In this document: positions 26,940 to 37,097 of the stretch, in pieces
Position numbering within the stretch: position 1 is the first letter of the stretch
How the letters are laid out: each line of letters opens with the position of its first letter
Position numbers and translations under genes: made by a program
Source: an uncultured Methanomassiliicoccales archaeon
GTDB taxonomy: Archaea > Thermoplasmatota > Thermoplasmata > Methanomassiliicoccales > UBA472
Length of the DNA: 64,000 nt
Assembly: GCA_963695345.1 (NCBI GenBank)
Contig: OY968769.1
Location: 1,568,001 to 1,632,000 of the forward strand
Reading direction: 5' to 3'
The notes under the pieces: generated by a model
Seen by the model: the letters and a program-made list of their open reading frames with translations, nothing else
Database searches by the model: none
Told to the model about the DNA's origin: nothing

Positions 26940-27986
26940 CTAAGGCCGTACAGGCCGGCGATATTTGCCGGCCGGTATCGTGATCTCGAAACGCGCGCCT
27001 TTGCCCGGGACGCCGTTCTCCACGATGGACAGACCGGTGATCCCGAGAACCTCAACGGTCATGTAAAGGCCGTATCCGGTGTTCTTTCCATAGCCGCGTT
27101 TGAAGATGAGCTCCTTCTCCTCCGCGTTGACTCCTTTACCGTCATCTTGGAAGATAAGCTTGGTATCCCGATCCAGCAGATGACTGCTGACGACCACCTT
27201 CTTCACCCGCTCACCATGCCGCAGCGAGTTCTCCAGCAGGTTATAGAACACCCTTTCGATCATCGGATCGGCATAGGCCTCTAGATCCTTGACCTCGATC
27301 TCTATGTCCACGTCGCTCCTGGAGAGCGAACCTAACGTCCCCCGGATGGTCTGCTCGACATTGATCCAGTCGGGTCGTTTTGACCCGATCTCCTGATAGA
27401 GCTTGGTGAATTCCATCTGTTTCTTGACCGTCTCGCTCGCCGCCCTGGCCTTCTGGATGTACCGGAGGATCTTCTCGTCATCGGTCTTGGTCTGGGCAAG
27501 TTCGAGATACCCAAACAGTCCGGTCAGTGAATTCAGGACGTCATGCCTGGTGGCCGAGCCTAGGATATTAAGCTTCTTGTTCGCCAGCTCCAGGGCCGAT
27601 TCTGATTCCTGGTGATCGGTGATGTCCGAGGCATGCACCACTAGCCTTTTTTGGCCTAGGGAGTCGACGACCAGGCTACCATGGCATTCTAGCCACCTCC
27701 AGCTGCCGTCCGAACGAACTACCCGGAGGATAGATGTCTTGGCTTTCCCACCGGCCAACACTATTGCCGTCGCATCCATAAGGATAGGAGAATCATCAGC
27801 GTGGATGAATTCCTGGATCTTCTTTCCGGTCAATGAATCAGGATCATATCCGAGCAGCGTTCTAAGTGTGGAATTAGCGAACAGGATGGTCATATCTGAG
27901 TCGACAATGATGATGATTCCTGGGGTGGTGTCCACTAGCGCCGAAAAATAGTGGTCATCCTTGCAGAAATCATTCTTCGAGGCCAA
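26940..27986 (-). CDS. PAS-domain sensor histidine kinase
   Basis: PAS/PAC (FIHADD, DGSWRWLE), H-box TRHDVLN, NLLENSLRHG, DDGKGV and GYGKNTGYGL. Confidence 0.92.
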   Translation of the reverse strand: MASKNDFCKDDHYFSALVDTTPGIIIIVDSDMTILFANSTLRTLLGYDPDSLTGKKIQEFIHADDSPILMDATAIVLAGGKAKTSILRVVRSDGSWRWLECHGSLVVDSLGQKRLVVHASDITDHQESESALELANKKLNILGSATRHDVLNSLTGLFGYLELAQTKTDDEKILRYIQKARAASETVKKQMEFTKLYQEIGSKRPDWINVEQTIRGTLGSLSRSDVDIEIEVKDLEAYADPMIERVFYNLLENSLRHGERVKKVVVSSHLLDRDTKLIFQDDGKGVNAEEKELIFKRGYGKNTGYGLYMTVEVLGITGLSIVENGVPGKGARFEITIPAGKYRRPVRP

Positions 27987-28383
27987 GGTGGTGTTCCCCC
28001 TATTGGATAATTGATGTTTTTCCTTATTAATACAATTCGAATTGATTTACGTCTTTGAAATTATGGCGATGCCAGGCGTTTTCCCGAAAACGGTTTTTTT
28101 GATTCTTGGGACAGATTATTTTCAGTCGTTAACCAAAATCCTTCGATCGACATCAATATTCCATGACGGGCTAGTCCCTTCCGGTCCTGAGGACAATGTA
28201 ATGATACTAGCCGTTCCAAATCGACAGCTCGGGCTTTCAAATCCAAGGAATCGAAGAAAATGGTTGGGTACATCGGAGATATACCATCTCGAAAGAATAA
28301 TCTAGGTCAAGGTGATTGCTTCTCAAAGAATCGGCGTGGGGGTTGGCCACGTGTGCGCCCAACTCCTGTTCGGGGTATTTCCG

Positions 28384-29628
28384 ATGAAAGAATTTAACAC
28401 TCTCGACGATTTCAATTTCAGAGACAAGACCGTCATACTAAGGTTGGACATCAATTGTCCACTGAACAAGGAGGACTTGTCCCTGGAGGATGACAACCGC
28501 ATCGTCCAGGTACTGCCAACGATACGCGAGCTCTTGGAGAAGAGCGCCAAGGTAGTGATCATTGCCCATCAAGGCCGAATGGGAGATTGGGACTATTGCT
28601 CCCTGGACCAGCACGCCAAGGCTTTGAGCGATCACCTCGATCATAAAGTGCCCTACGTAGACGATCTGTATGGCGATGTGGCGAAGAATGCCATCCGGTC
28701 GATGCTGCCGGGAACCGCCATAGTTCTCAAGAACGTCAGGTCCATGGAGTGCGAACAGGAAAAAATGACCATGGAAGAGCATTCCAGGTCAGAACTGGTC
28801 CAGAACCTGGCACCGCTGGCGGACTATTATGTTTCGGACGCTTTCGGGGCGGCCCATCGGGCGCACTGTTCCCTGATCGGATTCCAGGCCCTCCTGCCCT
28901 CGGCCGCCGGCAGGCTGCTGGAGAAGGAGCTGAACGCGCTGGGAGAGGTATTCGAACAACCCAAGAGGCCGTGCGTCTTCGTCCTAGGGGGTTCCAAGTT
29001 CACCGATTCGATCAAGGTCATCGATCGGGTGCTGAACATGAAGATCGCCGACTGGGTGATATTGGTGGGGCTTTCGGCGAACGCGCTGCTGAAGGCAAGG
29101 GGAGTTGACCTCGGTCCGGCCAGCGAGGAGATCCTGATGAAGGAGTTCACCCAGGAGAATCTGGATTCGGCCAGGAAGCTCCTGCACGAGAAAGGTAGCA
29201 AGATCCTGCTGCCTCACGATGTGGCGGTGGATGCAGGAGGAAAACGTTCCGAGGTCAAGGTCGGGGACCTGCCCTCCGAATATCCGATAATGGATGTCGG
29301 TTCTCATTCCGTGGCAAAGTTCGCGAAGGTGGTGCACGGCGCCGGGACCGTTTTCATGTCTGGTCCGGCCGGTGTATTCGAACGCGAGGAGTTCTCCCTC
29401 GCTACCAGGGAACTTATGAACGCGGCAGTATCTGGACACGCTTTCACAGTGATCGGCGGCGGGCACACCGTGAGCGCCGCGGAGAAGTTCGGGCTGTTCG
29501 ACCGCTTTTCCTATGTCAGCACCGGAGGCGGGGCGCTGGAGACCTATCTGCTGGGCAAGCCGATGCCGGTGGTCGAGGCGCTCAAGGCAGCCTACGACCG
29601 CGAGCAGACCAAATGCAAGGTCGATTGA
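28384..29628 (+). CDS. pgk: Phosphoglycerate kinase
   Basis: LRLDINCP, AHQGR, DAFGAAHR, VLGGSK, IGGGH and YVSTGGGA. Confidence 0.97.
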   Translation: MKEFNTLDDFNFRDKTVILRLDINCPLNKEDLSLEDDNRIVQVLPTIRELLEKSAKVVIIAHQGRMGDWDYCSLDQHAKALSDHLDHKVPYVDDLYGDVAKNAIRSMLPGTAIVLKNVRSMECEQEKMTMEEHSRSELVQNLAPLADYYVSDAFGAAHRAHCSLIGFQALLPSAAGRLLEKELNALGEVFEQPKRPCVFVLGGSKFTDSIKVIDRVLNMKIADWVILVGLSANALLKARGVDLGPASEEILMKEFTQENLDSARKLLHEKGSKILLPHDVAVDAGGKRSEVKVGDLPSEYPIMDVGSHSVAKFAKVVHGAGTVFMSGPAGVFEREEFSLATRELMNAAVSGHAFTVIGGGHTVSAAEKFGLFDRFSYVSTGGGALETYLLGKPMPVVEALKAAYDREQTKCKVD

Positions 29629-29776
29629 ACCAAGCTCAGCCCCATGCTGGCGATCGCTATTGCCGCCGCGCGGTGATGTCTAAGGCTCTGACCTCAGATG
29701 ATCATCGGGATCGAAGGACCGAAGTCATCGTCACAGATCAATAAAAAATGCGGCGGGGAGGTCCCCGCCATTTGCC

Positions 29777-30934
29777 TTACAGGACCTTTCTCATCCTCTC
29801 CAACGCCTCTTCGATGCGCTCCGCCGGTTGGGTCGTCGCCATGCGGATGTATCCCTCTCCGCCTTCCCCAAAGCCCACACCCGGGGTGACCACGACGCCG
29901 ACGCTGAGCATCTTCTCGGCGAACTTCATCGAGCTCCCCTCGATCTTGAGCCACAGGTAGAACGTTCCCAGGGGCGGGTCTACCTTGAAACCGAGCTTGC
30001 GCAGACCGCCGACCAATACGTCCCGGCGGTGCTGGTAGATCTCGATGTTCTTCTTGACGCACTCGGGCTTCTGGTTGTCGGCGTACATGTTCAGGGCCAT
30101 GACCATGGCCTTCTGGATGAACTTCGGCGCGCCGGAATCGATCTGGGACTTGGTCTTCTTCAGTCCGGCGATCAGGTTCGCGTCGCCTACTGCATAGCCG
30201 ATGCGGTAGCCGGTCATGTTGAAGGTCTTTGAGAGCGAACCGAACTCGATGGCCTCGTTGCTCTTGCAGCACTCCAGTACGCTGGGCGCCTCATAGCCGT
30301 CGAAGGTCATTTCCGAATAGGCGTTGTCGTAGCAGAAGATGGTGTCCGTCTCCAGCGCCCACGTCGCCGCCTTGCGGAGGAAATCCTTTCCGCAGGTGGC
30401 TCCGGTCGGGTTGTTCGGATAGTTCAGGTACAGCATCCTGGCGTCCGATGGCAGGTGGTCCAGATTGGGCAGGAACTTGTTCTCCGCCCGGAGCGGGAAC
30501 CGGACCGGAACGGCATCGCAGAGGGTGGCTGCTCCCTGCGCGTAGACTGGATAGGCCACATCCGGGCACAGGACCTTCTCGCCAGGGTTGACGAAAGCCC
30601 GGCAGATATTGGCCAGGCCTTCCTTCGAACCGATAAGGATGGCGACCTGCCCGTGCGGGTCCAGGTTCACCCCGAAGCGTCTTTCGTACCAGTCCGCCAC
30701 CGCCTGGCGTGCGTCCAATTCGCCGCTGCTCGACGGGTAGCGGTGGTTCTCTGGGTCATCCAGCTGTTTCTTGATCTCCTCTATGATGGGGCTCGGGGTC
30801 GGCAGATCGGGGTCCCCGATGCCGAAATCGATGATATCCAATCCCTCGTTCCTCTTGATCCTTACCTTTTCCTCTATCTCCGCGAAAAGATAAGATGGCA
30901 ACTTCTTCAATCTGGTAGCTTGTTCGAACGCCAT
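29777..30934 (-). CDS. dapL: LL-diaminopimelate aminotransferase (class I/II)
   Basis: LPSYLFAEI, GIGDPDLPTP, LIGSKEG, NYPNNPTGA, DNAYSE and SLSKTFNMTGYRIG; lies within the dap operon. Confidence 0.85.
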   Translation of the reverse strand: MAFEQATRLKKLPSYLFAEIEEKVRIKRNEGLDIIDFGIGDPDLPTPSPIIEEIKKQLDDPENHRYPSSSGELDARQAVADWYERRFGVNLDPHGQVAILIGSKEGLANICRAFVNPGEKVLCPDVAYPVYAQGAATLCDAVPVRFPLRAENKFLPNLDHLPSDARMLYLNYPNNPTGATCGKDFLRKAATWALETDTIFCYDNAYSEMTFDGYEAPSVLECCKSNEAIEFGSLSKTFNMTGYRIGYAVGDANLIAGLKKTKSQIDSGAPKFIQKAMVMALNMYADNQKPECVKKNIEIYQHRRDVLVGGLRKLGFKVDPPLGTFYLWLKIEGSSMKFAEKMLSVGVVVTPGVGFGEGGEGYIRMATTQPAERIEEALERMRKVL

Positions 30935-30943
30935 TTCCCACAC

Positions 30944-31771
30944 CTACTCCATATCGCCCTGGAACACCCGGGCGGCCGGCCCTCGCATGGTGACAGAACC
31001 GAGGTCCTTGGCCACCGCGATCCACAGGCTGCCTCCCGGCAGTCTGACCTCGATCTCGCGGTCGTACGGCGCCAGTCCCTGAAGGGCGGCGGCGACCGCC
31101 GTCGCGCATGCACCGGTTCCGCAGGCCATGGTCCAGCCAGCGCCTCTCTCGAGCACTTTGACCGTCAATATTCCATTCGATGATTTAACAAATTCTACGT
31201 TCGTTCTCTTGGGGAACGACTCACTTGACTGGATGATCGGAGCGAGCCTTTCCTGCTCCTCTTCCGTGAACTCCTGGAAGGTGATGAAATGGGGGTTTCC
31301 CATGGAGACCGCGGTCCCTCTCACCTTTTTTCCGCCGACCTCGAGCACGGAATCGATGAACTTGCCCGGACATCTCATCGGGACCTTGGAGCACTCAAGT
31401 TCGGCTGCTCCCATGCCCACCTTGACATCCGTGACCTGATCCCCGCTTACGGTGCAGTCGATGGTCTTGATCCCCGCCAGGGTGTCGATGGTCATTTGCT
31501 TCTTCTTGACGATGCCGAAGTCGTGAAGGTGCTTTGCCACGCACCTGATCCCGTTTCCGCACATCTCCGCCACCGAACCATCGGAGTTCAGTATGCTCAT
31601 GGTGGCGTCAGCCCTTGCCGACCGTTCCACGTAGAGGATACCGTCGGCTCCGATGCCGAAGCGGCGATCGCACACCGAGGTGACCCAGGCGGCATCCTTG
31701 TTGGCTTTGCCATCAAAATTGTCCAACAGAACGAAATCGTTTCCGATCCCGTGATATTTCCAGAACTTCAC
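30944..31771 (-). CDS. dapF: Diaminopimelate epimerase
   Basis: KYHGIGNDF, GIGADG, EMCGNGIRC, SMGNPH and ERGAGWTMACGTG. Confidence 0.97.
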   Translation of the reverse strand: MKFWKYHGIGNDFVLLDNFDGKANKDAAWVTSVCDRRFGIGADGILYVERSARADATMSILNSDGSVAEMCGNGIRCVAKHLHDFGIVKKKQMTIDTLAGIKTIDCTVSGDQVTDVKVGMGAAELECSKVPMRCPGKFIDSVLEVGGKKVRGTAVSMGNPHFITFQEFTEEEQERLAPIIQSSESFPKRTNVEFVKSSNGILTVKVLERGAGWTMACGTGACATAVAAALQGLAPYDREIEVRLPGGSLWIAVAKDLGSVTMRGPAARVFQGDME

Positions 31772-33036
31772 ACCATCAACCTTCCCGGTACCTTCTGGTG
31801 AGAAGTCAGGTCATCCAGCGTCTGGGCTTCCCGTATCAGGTTCATCTGGCCGTCCTTGACCAGGACCTCCGCCGGCAGCGGCCTCGAGTTGTAGTTGGAG
31901 GCCATCGTGAATCCGTAGGCCCCCGTGTCGTAGACCGCGATGAGGTCTCCCAGTTCGATCATGGGCAGCATCCGGTCGCGGGCGATGAAATCCCCGGTCT
32001 CACATATCGGTCCGACGATATCGTAGTTGAACGTAGCCCTGGCCCCGAACTTGTTGGCCACCGCCACGTGGTGGAACGACCCGTAGAAGGCGGGCCGGAT
32101 CAGCGTATTGAACCCCGCGTCGACGCCGGCGAAGGTCTTCTCCGGGTGTTCCTTTATGTCGCCCACCGTGGTCAGCAGGACCGTGGTGTCCGCCACCAGA
32201 TATCGGCCCGGTTCGATGGCCAGCTTCCTCACGTAGCAGTTGTCCTTGATGTAGTTGGATACCTCCGAGGAGAGCGCCTCGACATCCATGTGGTTGTCCT
32301 CCAGATGGTAGGGGATGCCGATGCCGCCCCCGATATCAATGGTCTCCAATTTCAGGCCTAGATGGTCGCGGATATCATTGGCGATGTCCACCAGCACCTG
32401 GGTGACCTGAAGGAAGGGCGCCGTTTCCTGCACGCCGGCCCCGATGTGGGCATGGATGCCGAACGGCTTGAATCCCAGGGAAAGGGCCTCCTGGTAGGTG
32501 TCGAGGATCTGCTCCTTGGGTACGCCGAACTTGGTGGTCTTGGCCCCGGTCACCACGTGATGGTGGTGTCCCGCCCCCACTCCTGGATTGACCCGGAAGG
32601 ATATGGGGTGGGTGCTGTCCATGGCCGCCAACCGCCTCATCTGGTTGATGGAGTCCACATTGATCGGAATGCCCAGGTCGACAACCTGCTGCATCTCCTT
32701 GTCTGAGACCATGACCCCGGTGTACAGGATGCGGTCAGGGGCGAATCCCGCGCTTAGACACAGCCTGACCTCGTAAACGGAAACGGCGTCGATGCATGAG
32801 CCTTCCTGCTGCAGTATGCGCAGCAAGGAGAGGTTCGAGTTCGCCTTGCACGCATAGTGAATGTTCGTCGGCAGATTCCTCTGGAACGCCTTGTCGATGC
32901 GTCTGAAATTGCCCCTTAGGGCATCCTCGTCGGTAACATAGACCGGAGTGCCATACTTCGCGGCGATATCGGTCGCCCTTACTCCGCCAATCATCATCTG
33001 ACCCTTGTCACTCTTGAAATCCCTCATCTGAATCAC
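31768..33036 (-). CDS. lysA: Diaminopimelate decarboxylase
   Basis: YACKAN (PLP Lys), KFG, HAHIG, DIGGGIG, EPGRYLV, GPICETGD and GAYG..MASNYNSRP. Confidence 0.97.
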   Translation of the reverse strand: MIQMRDFKSDKGQMMIGGVRATDIAAKYGTPVYVTDEDALRGNFRRIDKAFQRNLPTNIHYACKANSNLSLLRILQQEGSCIDAVSVYEVRLCLSAGFAPDRILYTGVMVSDKEMQQVVDLGIPINVDSINQMRRLAAMDSTHPISFRVNPGVGAGHHHHVVTGAKTTKFGVPKEQILDTYQEALSLGFKPFGIHAHIGAGVQETAPFLQVTQVLVDIANDIRDHLGLKLETIDIGGGIGIPYHLEDNHMDVEALSSEVSNYIKDNCYVRKLAIEPGRYLVADTTVLLTTVGDIKEHPEKTFAGVDAGFNTLIRPAFYGSFHHVAVANKFGARATFNYDIVGPICETGDFIARDRMLPMIELGDLIAVYDTGAYGFTMASNYNSRPLPAEVLVKDGQMNLIREAQTLDDLTSHQKVPGRLMV

Positions 33037-34385
33037 CCAATGTACATTTCGTGAAGCTTCCTAATCACATCTATCGCCTTGGAGCTTGGAACAACGAAGT
33101 TGAGCGCCACGTCCGACGCGCCCTCCGATATCATCTCCACGTTCGCTCCCACCGCGGCCACCACGGCGAACACCTTCGCCGACACTCCCGTGTTCTCCAG
33201 CAGGCTGTCCCCCACCGCGCAGATCAGCGCCATATCCTCTTTGACAGTGACCGATTCGATATCCTCCTTCATGGACTGAACCCTTTCCATGACCTCGGCG
33301 ATCGAGGAGGAGGGCAACGCCACTGCCAGCGTGGACAGGGATGTTGACACCGCATAGGTGGAGACCCCATTGGCGTTGACCGATTCCAGTATCTTGGTCA
33401 ACAGGCTTGGCTGGTAGGCGATCTCCGATGAATAGAACTTGACCACGGCCAGATCGTTCTTCATCGCCACGCTTCTCAGCAACGTCGTCCCGAAGGTTTT
33501 CATACTGAATATCTTGGTACCGTAAGCATCCGGTTTGAAGGTGTTCTTCACCCATACCGGTATGTTCTTGCGCTTTGCCGGCAGGATGGTGCGTGGGTGG
33601 AGAACCTTGGCACCGAAATAAGCCAGTTCGGCCGCCTCTCCATAGTCCATGTCGTGTATCGTCTTGGCCTCGGGGACGATGCGCGGGTCGGCGCTCATGA
33701 AACCGGTCACGTCCGTCCATATCTCCAGGACATCCGCGTTGAGGCCGTTCGCCACCACCGATCCAGAGTAGTCCGAGCCCCCCCGACCGAATGTGATGGG
33801 CCTTCCCAGCCGTTCGCATCCGTAGAACCCGGTGATGATGGGTACCCAGCCCTCCTTGATCATCGGGCCGATCGTCGCCATGAGGTTCTTGGATGTGGCC
33901 GCCAGATCGGCCGTGCCGTTCCCCGGGAGGCCGGTGGCTACGATTCCCGCTTCCTCCGAGAGTATCGGCACCGCTTCTACGTCCTTGGAGCGCAGGATGT
34001 ACGTCAGTGTCAATGAGGATAGTCGTTCCCCCCATGACTGGACCGCATCCTGTATCATGATCCGGTCCTCGTTCTTGTGATAATACTCCATGAGGTCATG
34101 GAGTTTCTCCAGCCGGTCGTCCAGTCTCAGCTGGAACGCGGCCATGTTGTTCTCGTCCATCCGTCCGGCGGCGGTCTGTTCATGCTTCTCCCGAAGCTTT
34201 TCCACGAGTTCCCGCGGGTCTGATTCCGAGTCGTTCATGGCTGCGATGAGGGTGTTGGTGACCCCTGACATGGCGGAGACGACGACAGCCTTGTGCGCCG
34301 GCTCGTTCTTGATGATGTCGGACGTCCGGTCCATGGCCTCTCCGGAGCCGACGCTTGTCCCTCCGAACTTCATGACCTTGATCAT
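33033..34385 (-). CDS. lysC: Aspartate kinase
   Basis: VMKFGGTSVG, VVSAMSGVT, GRGGSDYS, WTDV.GFMSADPR, ELAYFGAKVLHP and two ACT domains; ATGA overlap with dapB. Confidence 0.96.
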   Translation of the reverse strand: MIKVMKFGGTSVGSGEAMDRTSDIIKNEPAHKAVVVSAMSGVTNTLIAAMNDSESDPRELVEKLREKHEQTAAGRMDENNMAAFQLRLDDRLEKLHDLMEYYHKNEDRIMIQDAVQSWGERLSSLTLTYILRSKDVEAVPILSEEAGIVATGLPGNGTADLAATSKNLMATIGPMIKEGWVPIITGFYGCERLGRPITFGRGGSDYSGSVVANGLNADVLEIWTDVTGFMSADPRIVPEAKTIHDMDYGEAAELAYFGAKVLHPRTILPAKRKNIPVWVKNTFKPDAYGTKIFSMKTFGTTLLRSVAMKNDLAVVKFYSSEIAYQPSLLTKILESVNANGVSTYAVSTSLSTLAVALPSSSIAEVMERVQSMKEDIESVTVKEDMALICAVGDSLLENTGVSAKVFAVVAAVGANVEMISEGASDVALNFVVPSSKAIDVIRKLHEMYIG

Positions 34386-35170
34386 ATTCCCAGAACCTCC
34401 GCCATGGTGTGCACCTTTCCATCCTTCCTTGCGTTTACCCAGCCGATGGCGGTTATGCACCCTTCGGCGAACGCTTCCCTGGAATGGGCCCGGTGGGTGA
34501 GCTCGATCCTCTCCCGATTGCCGGCGAATATCACCGTGTGCTCTCCCACAACGTCCCCGGCGCGAACCGCGTGGATGCCGATCTCCCTGCCTCTGGCCCC
34601 GACCACGCCCTGTCTCCCGTAGACAAACTTGTCCACGTTGGTGGCCTTGGAGATGATGTCCGCCGCTTTCATCGCTGTTCCCGACGGGGCGTCCTTCTTC
34701 TTGTCGTGGTGCGTCTCGATGATCTCCACCTCATAGCCGTCAAGTGCCATGGCCAATACCTCGCAGGCCTTCCAGAACACATTGACGCCGACGGAGAAAT
34801 TGGGTGACGCCACCGCCGAGATGCCGTGTGCCCTCACCTTGTCGGAGAAGTCGTTCATTGATTCCGGGGTGATCCCGGTGGTGCCGACAACGCAGTTCAC
34901 CCCCATCGCCGATGCGATGGCCAAATTCCCCGGTGCCACTGCCGGGTTGGTCACGTCGACGAACACGTCGGTCTCCCTGAGCGACGCCGCAAGGCCTTCC
35001 GGACCGACCGCCACGACCCCCGGTGCGATCTCCTTGCCGACGTGGCCTCCGCTGGAAGACACTATCGCCCCGACCAGGCGCATATCGCCATGGGCCTGGA
35101 CCAGCGAACATACCATGGAGCCCAGTTTGCCAGTGGCTCCCGCTACACATACGCGGATCGTTTCCATCAC
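34382..35170 (-). CDS. dapB: 4-hydroxy-tetrahydrodipicolinate reductase
   Basis: GATGKLG, VGTTG, PNFSVGVN, ETHHDKKKDAPSGTA and HRAHSREAFAEG. Confidence 0.97.
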   Translation of the reverse strand: MMETIRVCVAGATGKLGSMVCSLVQAHGDMRLVGAIVSSSGGHVGKEIAPGVVAVGPEGLAASLRETDVFVDVTNPAVAPGNLAIASAMGVNCVVGTTGITPESMNDFSDKVRAHGISAVASPNFSVGVNVFWKACEVLAMALDGYEVEIIETHHDKKKDAPSGTAMKAADIISKATNVDKFVYGRQGVVGARGREIGIHAVRAGDVVGEHTVIFAGNRERIELTHRAHSREAFAEGCITAIGWVNARKDGKVHTMAEVLGI

Positions 35171-35171
35171 C

Positions 35172-36059
35172 TCAGAGCAATTCCAGGTCGACCAATGTCT
35201 TGCGTAGGATATCCTGATTGCTTTGGTCCATCTCGCAGAGGGGCAGACGGAATATTCCCGATGGCCTCTTCATCATGCGGACGGCGGTCTTGACCGGGAT
35301 CGGATTGCTGTCAATGAACAGGTTGGTGAACAGTGGCAGCAGTTTGAAATGGATATCCCTGGCACTCGAATACTCCCCGGCCATGATATGATGGGTCATG
35401 TCTGATACGAGCTTGGGAACGACGTTCGAGGCCACCGAGATCACCCCCTTCGCCCCCATCGCCATCATCGGGTAGGTTAGGGAATCATCGCCAGAAATCA
35501 CATCGAACGTCCTGGGGACATCGGCCAATATCTGCATGATCTGGTTCAGGTTGCCGGACGCTTCCTTGATGCCAACGATTCCGGGGAGGTCCGCCAGCTT
35601 CTTGACTGTCGCTGGTGCGATGTTCGAACCGGTCCTGCCGGGTACGTTGTACACGATTATCGGGATGTCCACCGCCTTCGTGACCGCCTCGTAGTGAATG
35701 AATATGCCCTTCTGGGTGGGCTTGTTGTAGTATGGCGATATCGAGAGCACGGCGTCGACACCGAGGTCCTTGGCCGCCTTCGTAAGGTGGATCGCCTCAT
35801 GGGTGGCATTGCTTCCCGCTCCCGCGATGACCTTGGCCCTCTTGACCTGGTCGACCACGATCTCGATCACCTTCACATGTTCCTTGTGCGTCAGGGTGGC
35901 TGATTCGCCCGTCGTTCCACATGGTACGATGGCATCGACGCCCCCTTCTTCCTGCAGTCTTACCAGTTCGCGCAGGCCGTCCTCGTCGACCTCACCAGTG
36001 TCCTTGAACGGTGTGATGATCGCCGTTGCAGTTCCTTCCAACATTTCACTCGCCTCCAA
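35172..36059 (-). CDS. dapA: 4-hydroxy-tetrahydrodipicolinate synthase
   Basis: CGTTGESATL, PYYNKP, YNVPGRTG, GIKEASG and SGDD. Confidence 0.97.
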   Translation of the reverse strand: MEASEMLEGTATAIITPFKDTGEVDEDGLRELVRLQEEGGVDAIVPCGTTGESATLTHKEHVKVIEIVVDQVKRAKVIAGAGSNATHEAIHLTKAAKDLGVDAVLSISPYYNKPTQKGIFIHYEAVTKAVDIPIIVYNVPGRTGSNIAPATVKKLADLPGIVGIKEASGNLNQIMQILADVPRTFDVISGDDSLTYPMMAMGAKGVISVASNVVPKLVSDMTHHIMAGEYSSARDIHFKLLPLFTNLFIDSNPIPVKTAVRMMKRPSGIFRLPLCEMDQSNQDILRKTLVDLELL

Positions 36060-36474
36060 AATGTTCTTTCAGTATCAATCTGGTCCTAGTGGATTGTACA
36101 TTATCGAAACGACGGATCCTTTCGATTATCTCGTTCAGCTGGGGAGATGATGTGACATCGATTATCGCCACGATGTCCTCTTCCCCGGTGACCTCGAAAA
36201 CCTCAGAAACGCCTGCGAACTTCGCAATGTTTCCTGCGACTTCCGATGTATTCACGTTCACGTCGATCTTGACCTCGATCAGAGCCTTGACGTTCTTGCT
36301 GCTCGTCTTGATCGTGAAGCTCTGGATGACTCCTTCCTCGAACAGTTTCTTGACCCTGCTGCGAATCGTACCTTCAGATACATTGAGCTCCGTGGCTATC
36401 TCCACGAACGGTCGCCTGGAATCCTTTTTCAGTATCTCTATGATCTTGTCGTCGAGATGATCGATCAAATACAT
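36046..36474 (-). CDS. Lrp/AsnC family regulator (LysM-like), first gene of the lysine operon
   Basis: DDKIIEILKKDSRRPFVEIA..VSEGTIRSRVKKL HTH followed by a RAM domain (EVTGEEDI). Confidence 0.92.
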   Translation of the reverse strand: MYLIDHLDDKIIEILKKDSRRPFVEIATELNVSEGTIRSRVKKLFEEGVIQSFTIKTSSKNVKALIEVKIDVNVNTSEVAGNIAKFAGVSEVFEVTGEEDIVAIIDVTSSPQLNEIIERIRRFDNVQSTRTRLILKEHFGGE

Positions 36475-36590
36475 CCCTTCTTCGATTTGTCGCAATATTC
36501 TTAATTGATTTCGTATTGCAGATTACGTAAAAGTTAGGATACTATTTTAATTCTTCCGAAAAAGCTCGGATTGAGCTACTGCATCACCAG

Positions 36591-37046
36591 TTACTTCAGC
36601 CTCAGTTGCTCTATGAACTGTAGCCATCTCTTCTCGTCATTCACCTTGGCCATCAGGGCGGTCTTCTGGTATTTGGCCAGATCTCCATGCGAATTCCTCA
36701 GCTCGTCAACCGCCCTCAACAAACCGCAGACCTCATCCAGTATCCGATAGGCATTGACCCGCGTCACCTCGCGGTCGTTCAAATGTTTCTCCAGGTCGCG
36801 GGCCTTCCTTTCGAGGATATCGGCCAATTCCTTTGCCCCCTGGATATCCTCTGGCGAGGGGTTCTCCTCAGAAATGAATTTGAAGATGACGTCCCTCAGG
36901 TCGATCTCTCTCCCTTCCACGATCTCATGCTGCGGAATGAATTTTCCAACCCAGAACAGAAGTGAATGGATCCGTGAAACGATGGCTGCCCTATCCCCGT
37001 CAGAAAGACGTTCCGAGCCGTTCACTCCATTCGTGCCAGTGGTCAT
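36591..37046 (-). CDS. Conserved archaeal hypothetical protein (DUF5788-like)
   Basis: RIHSLLFWVG..IP..IDLR..GLLRAVDEL..D.KRW. Confidence 0.7.
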   Translation of the reverse strand: MTTGTNGVNGSERLSDGDRAAIVSRIHSLLFWVGKFIPQHEIVEGREIDLRDVIFKFISEENPSPEDIQGAKELADILERKARDLEKHLNDREVTRVNAYRILDEVCGLLRAVDELRNSHGDLAKYQKTALMAKVNDEKRWLQFIEQLRLK

Positions 37047-37097
37047 TTCGCTGATACATTCACTCTCTAACGTTATTAATCATCCGGAATCGAGCGA

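Noticed and set aside
28042-28305. 87-aa and 70-aa ORFs in the kinase-pgk spacer, and ORF 4732-4950
   Set aside because: These lie in AT-rich intergenic sequence with atypical codon usage and no convincing RBS or motif.
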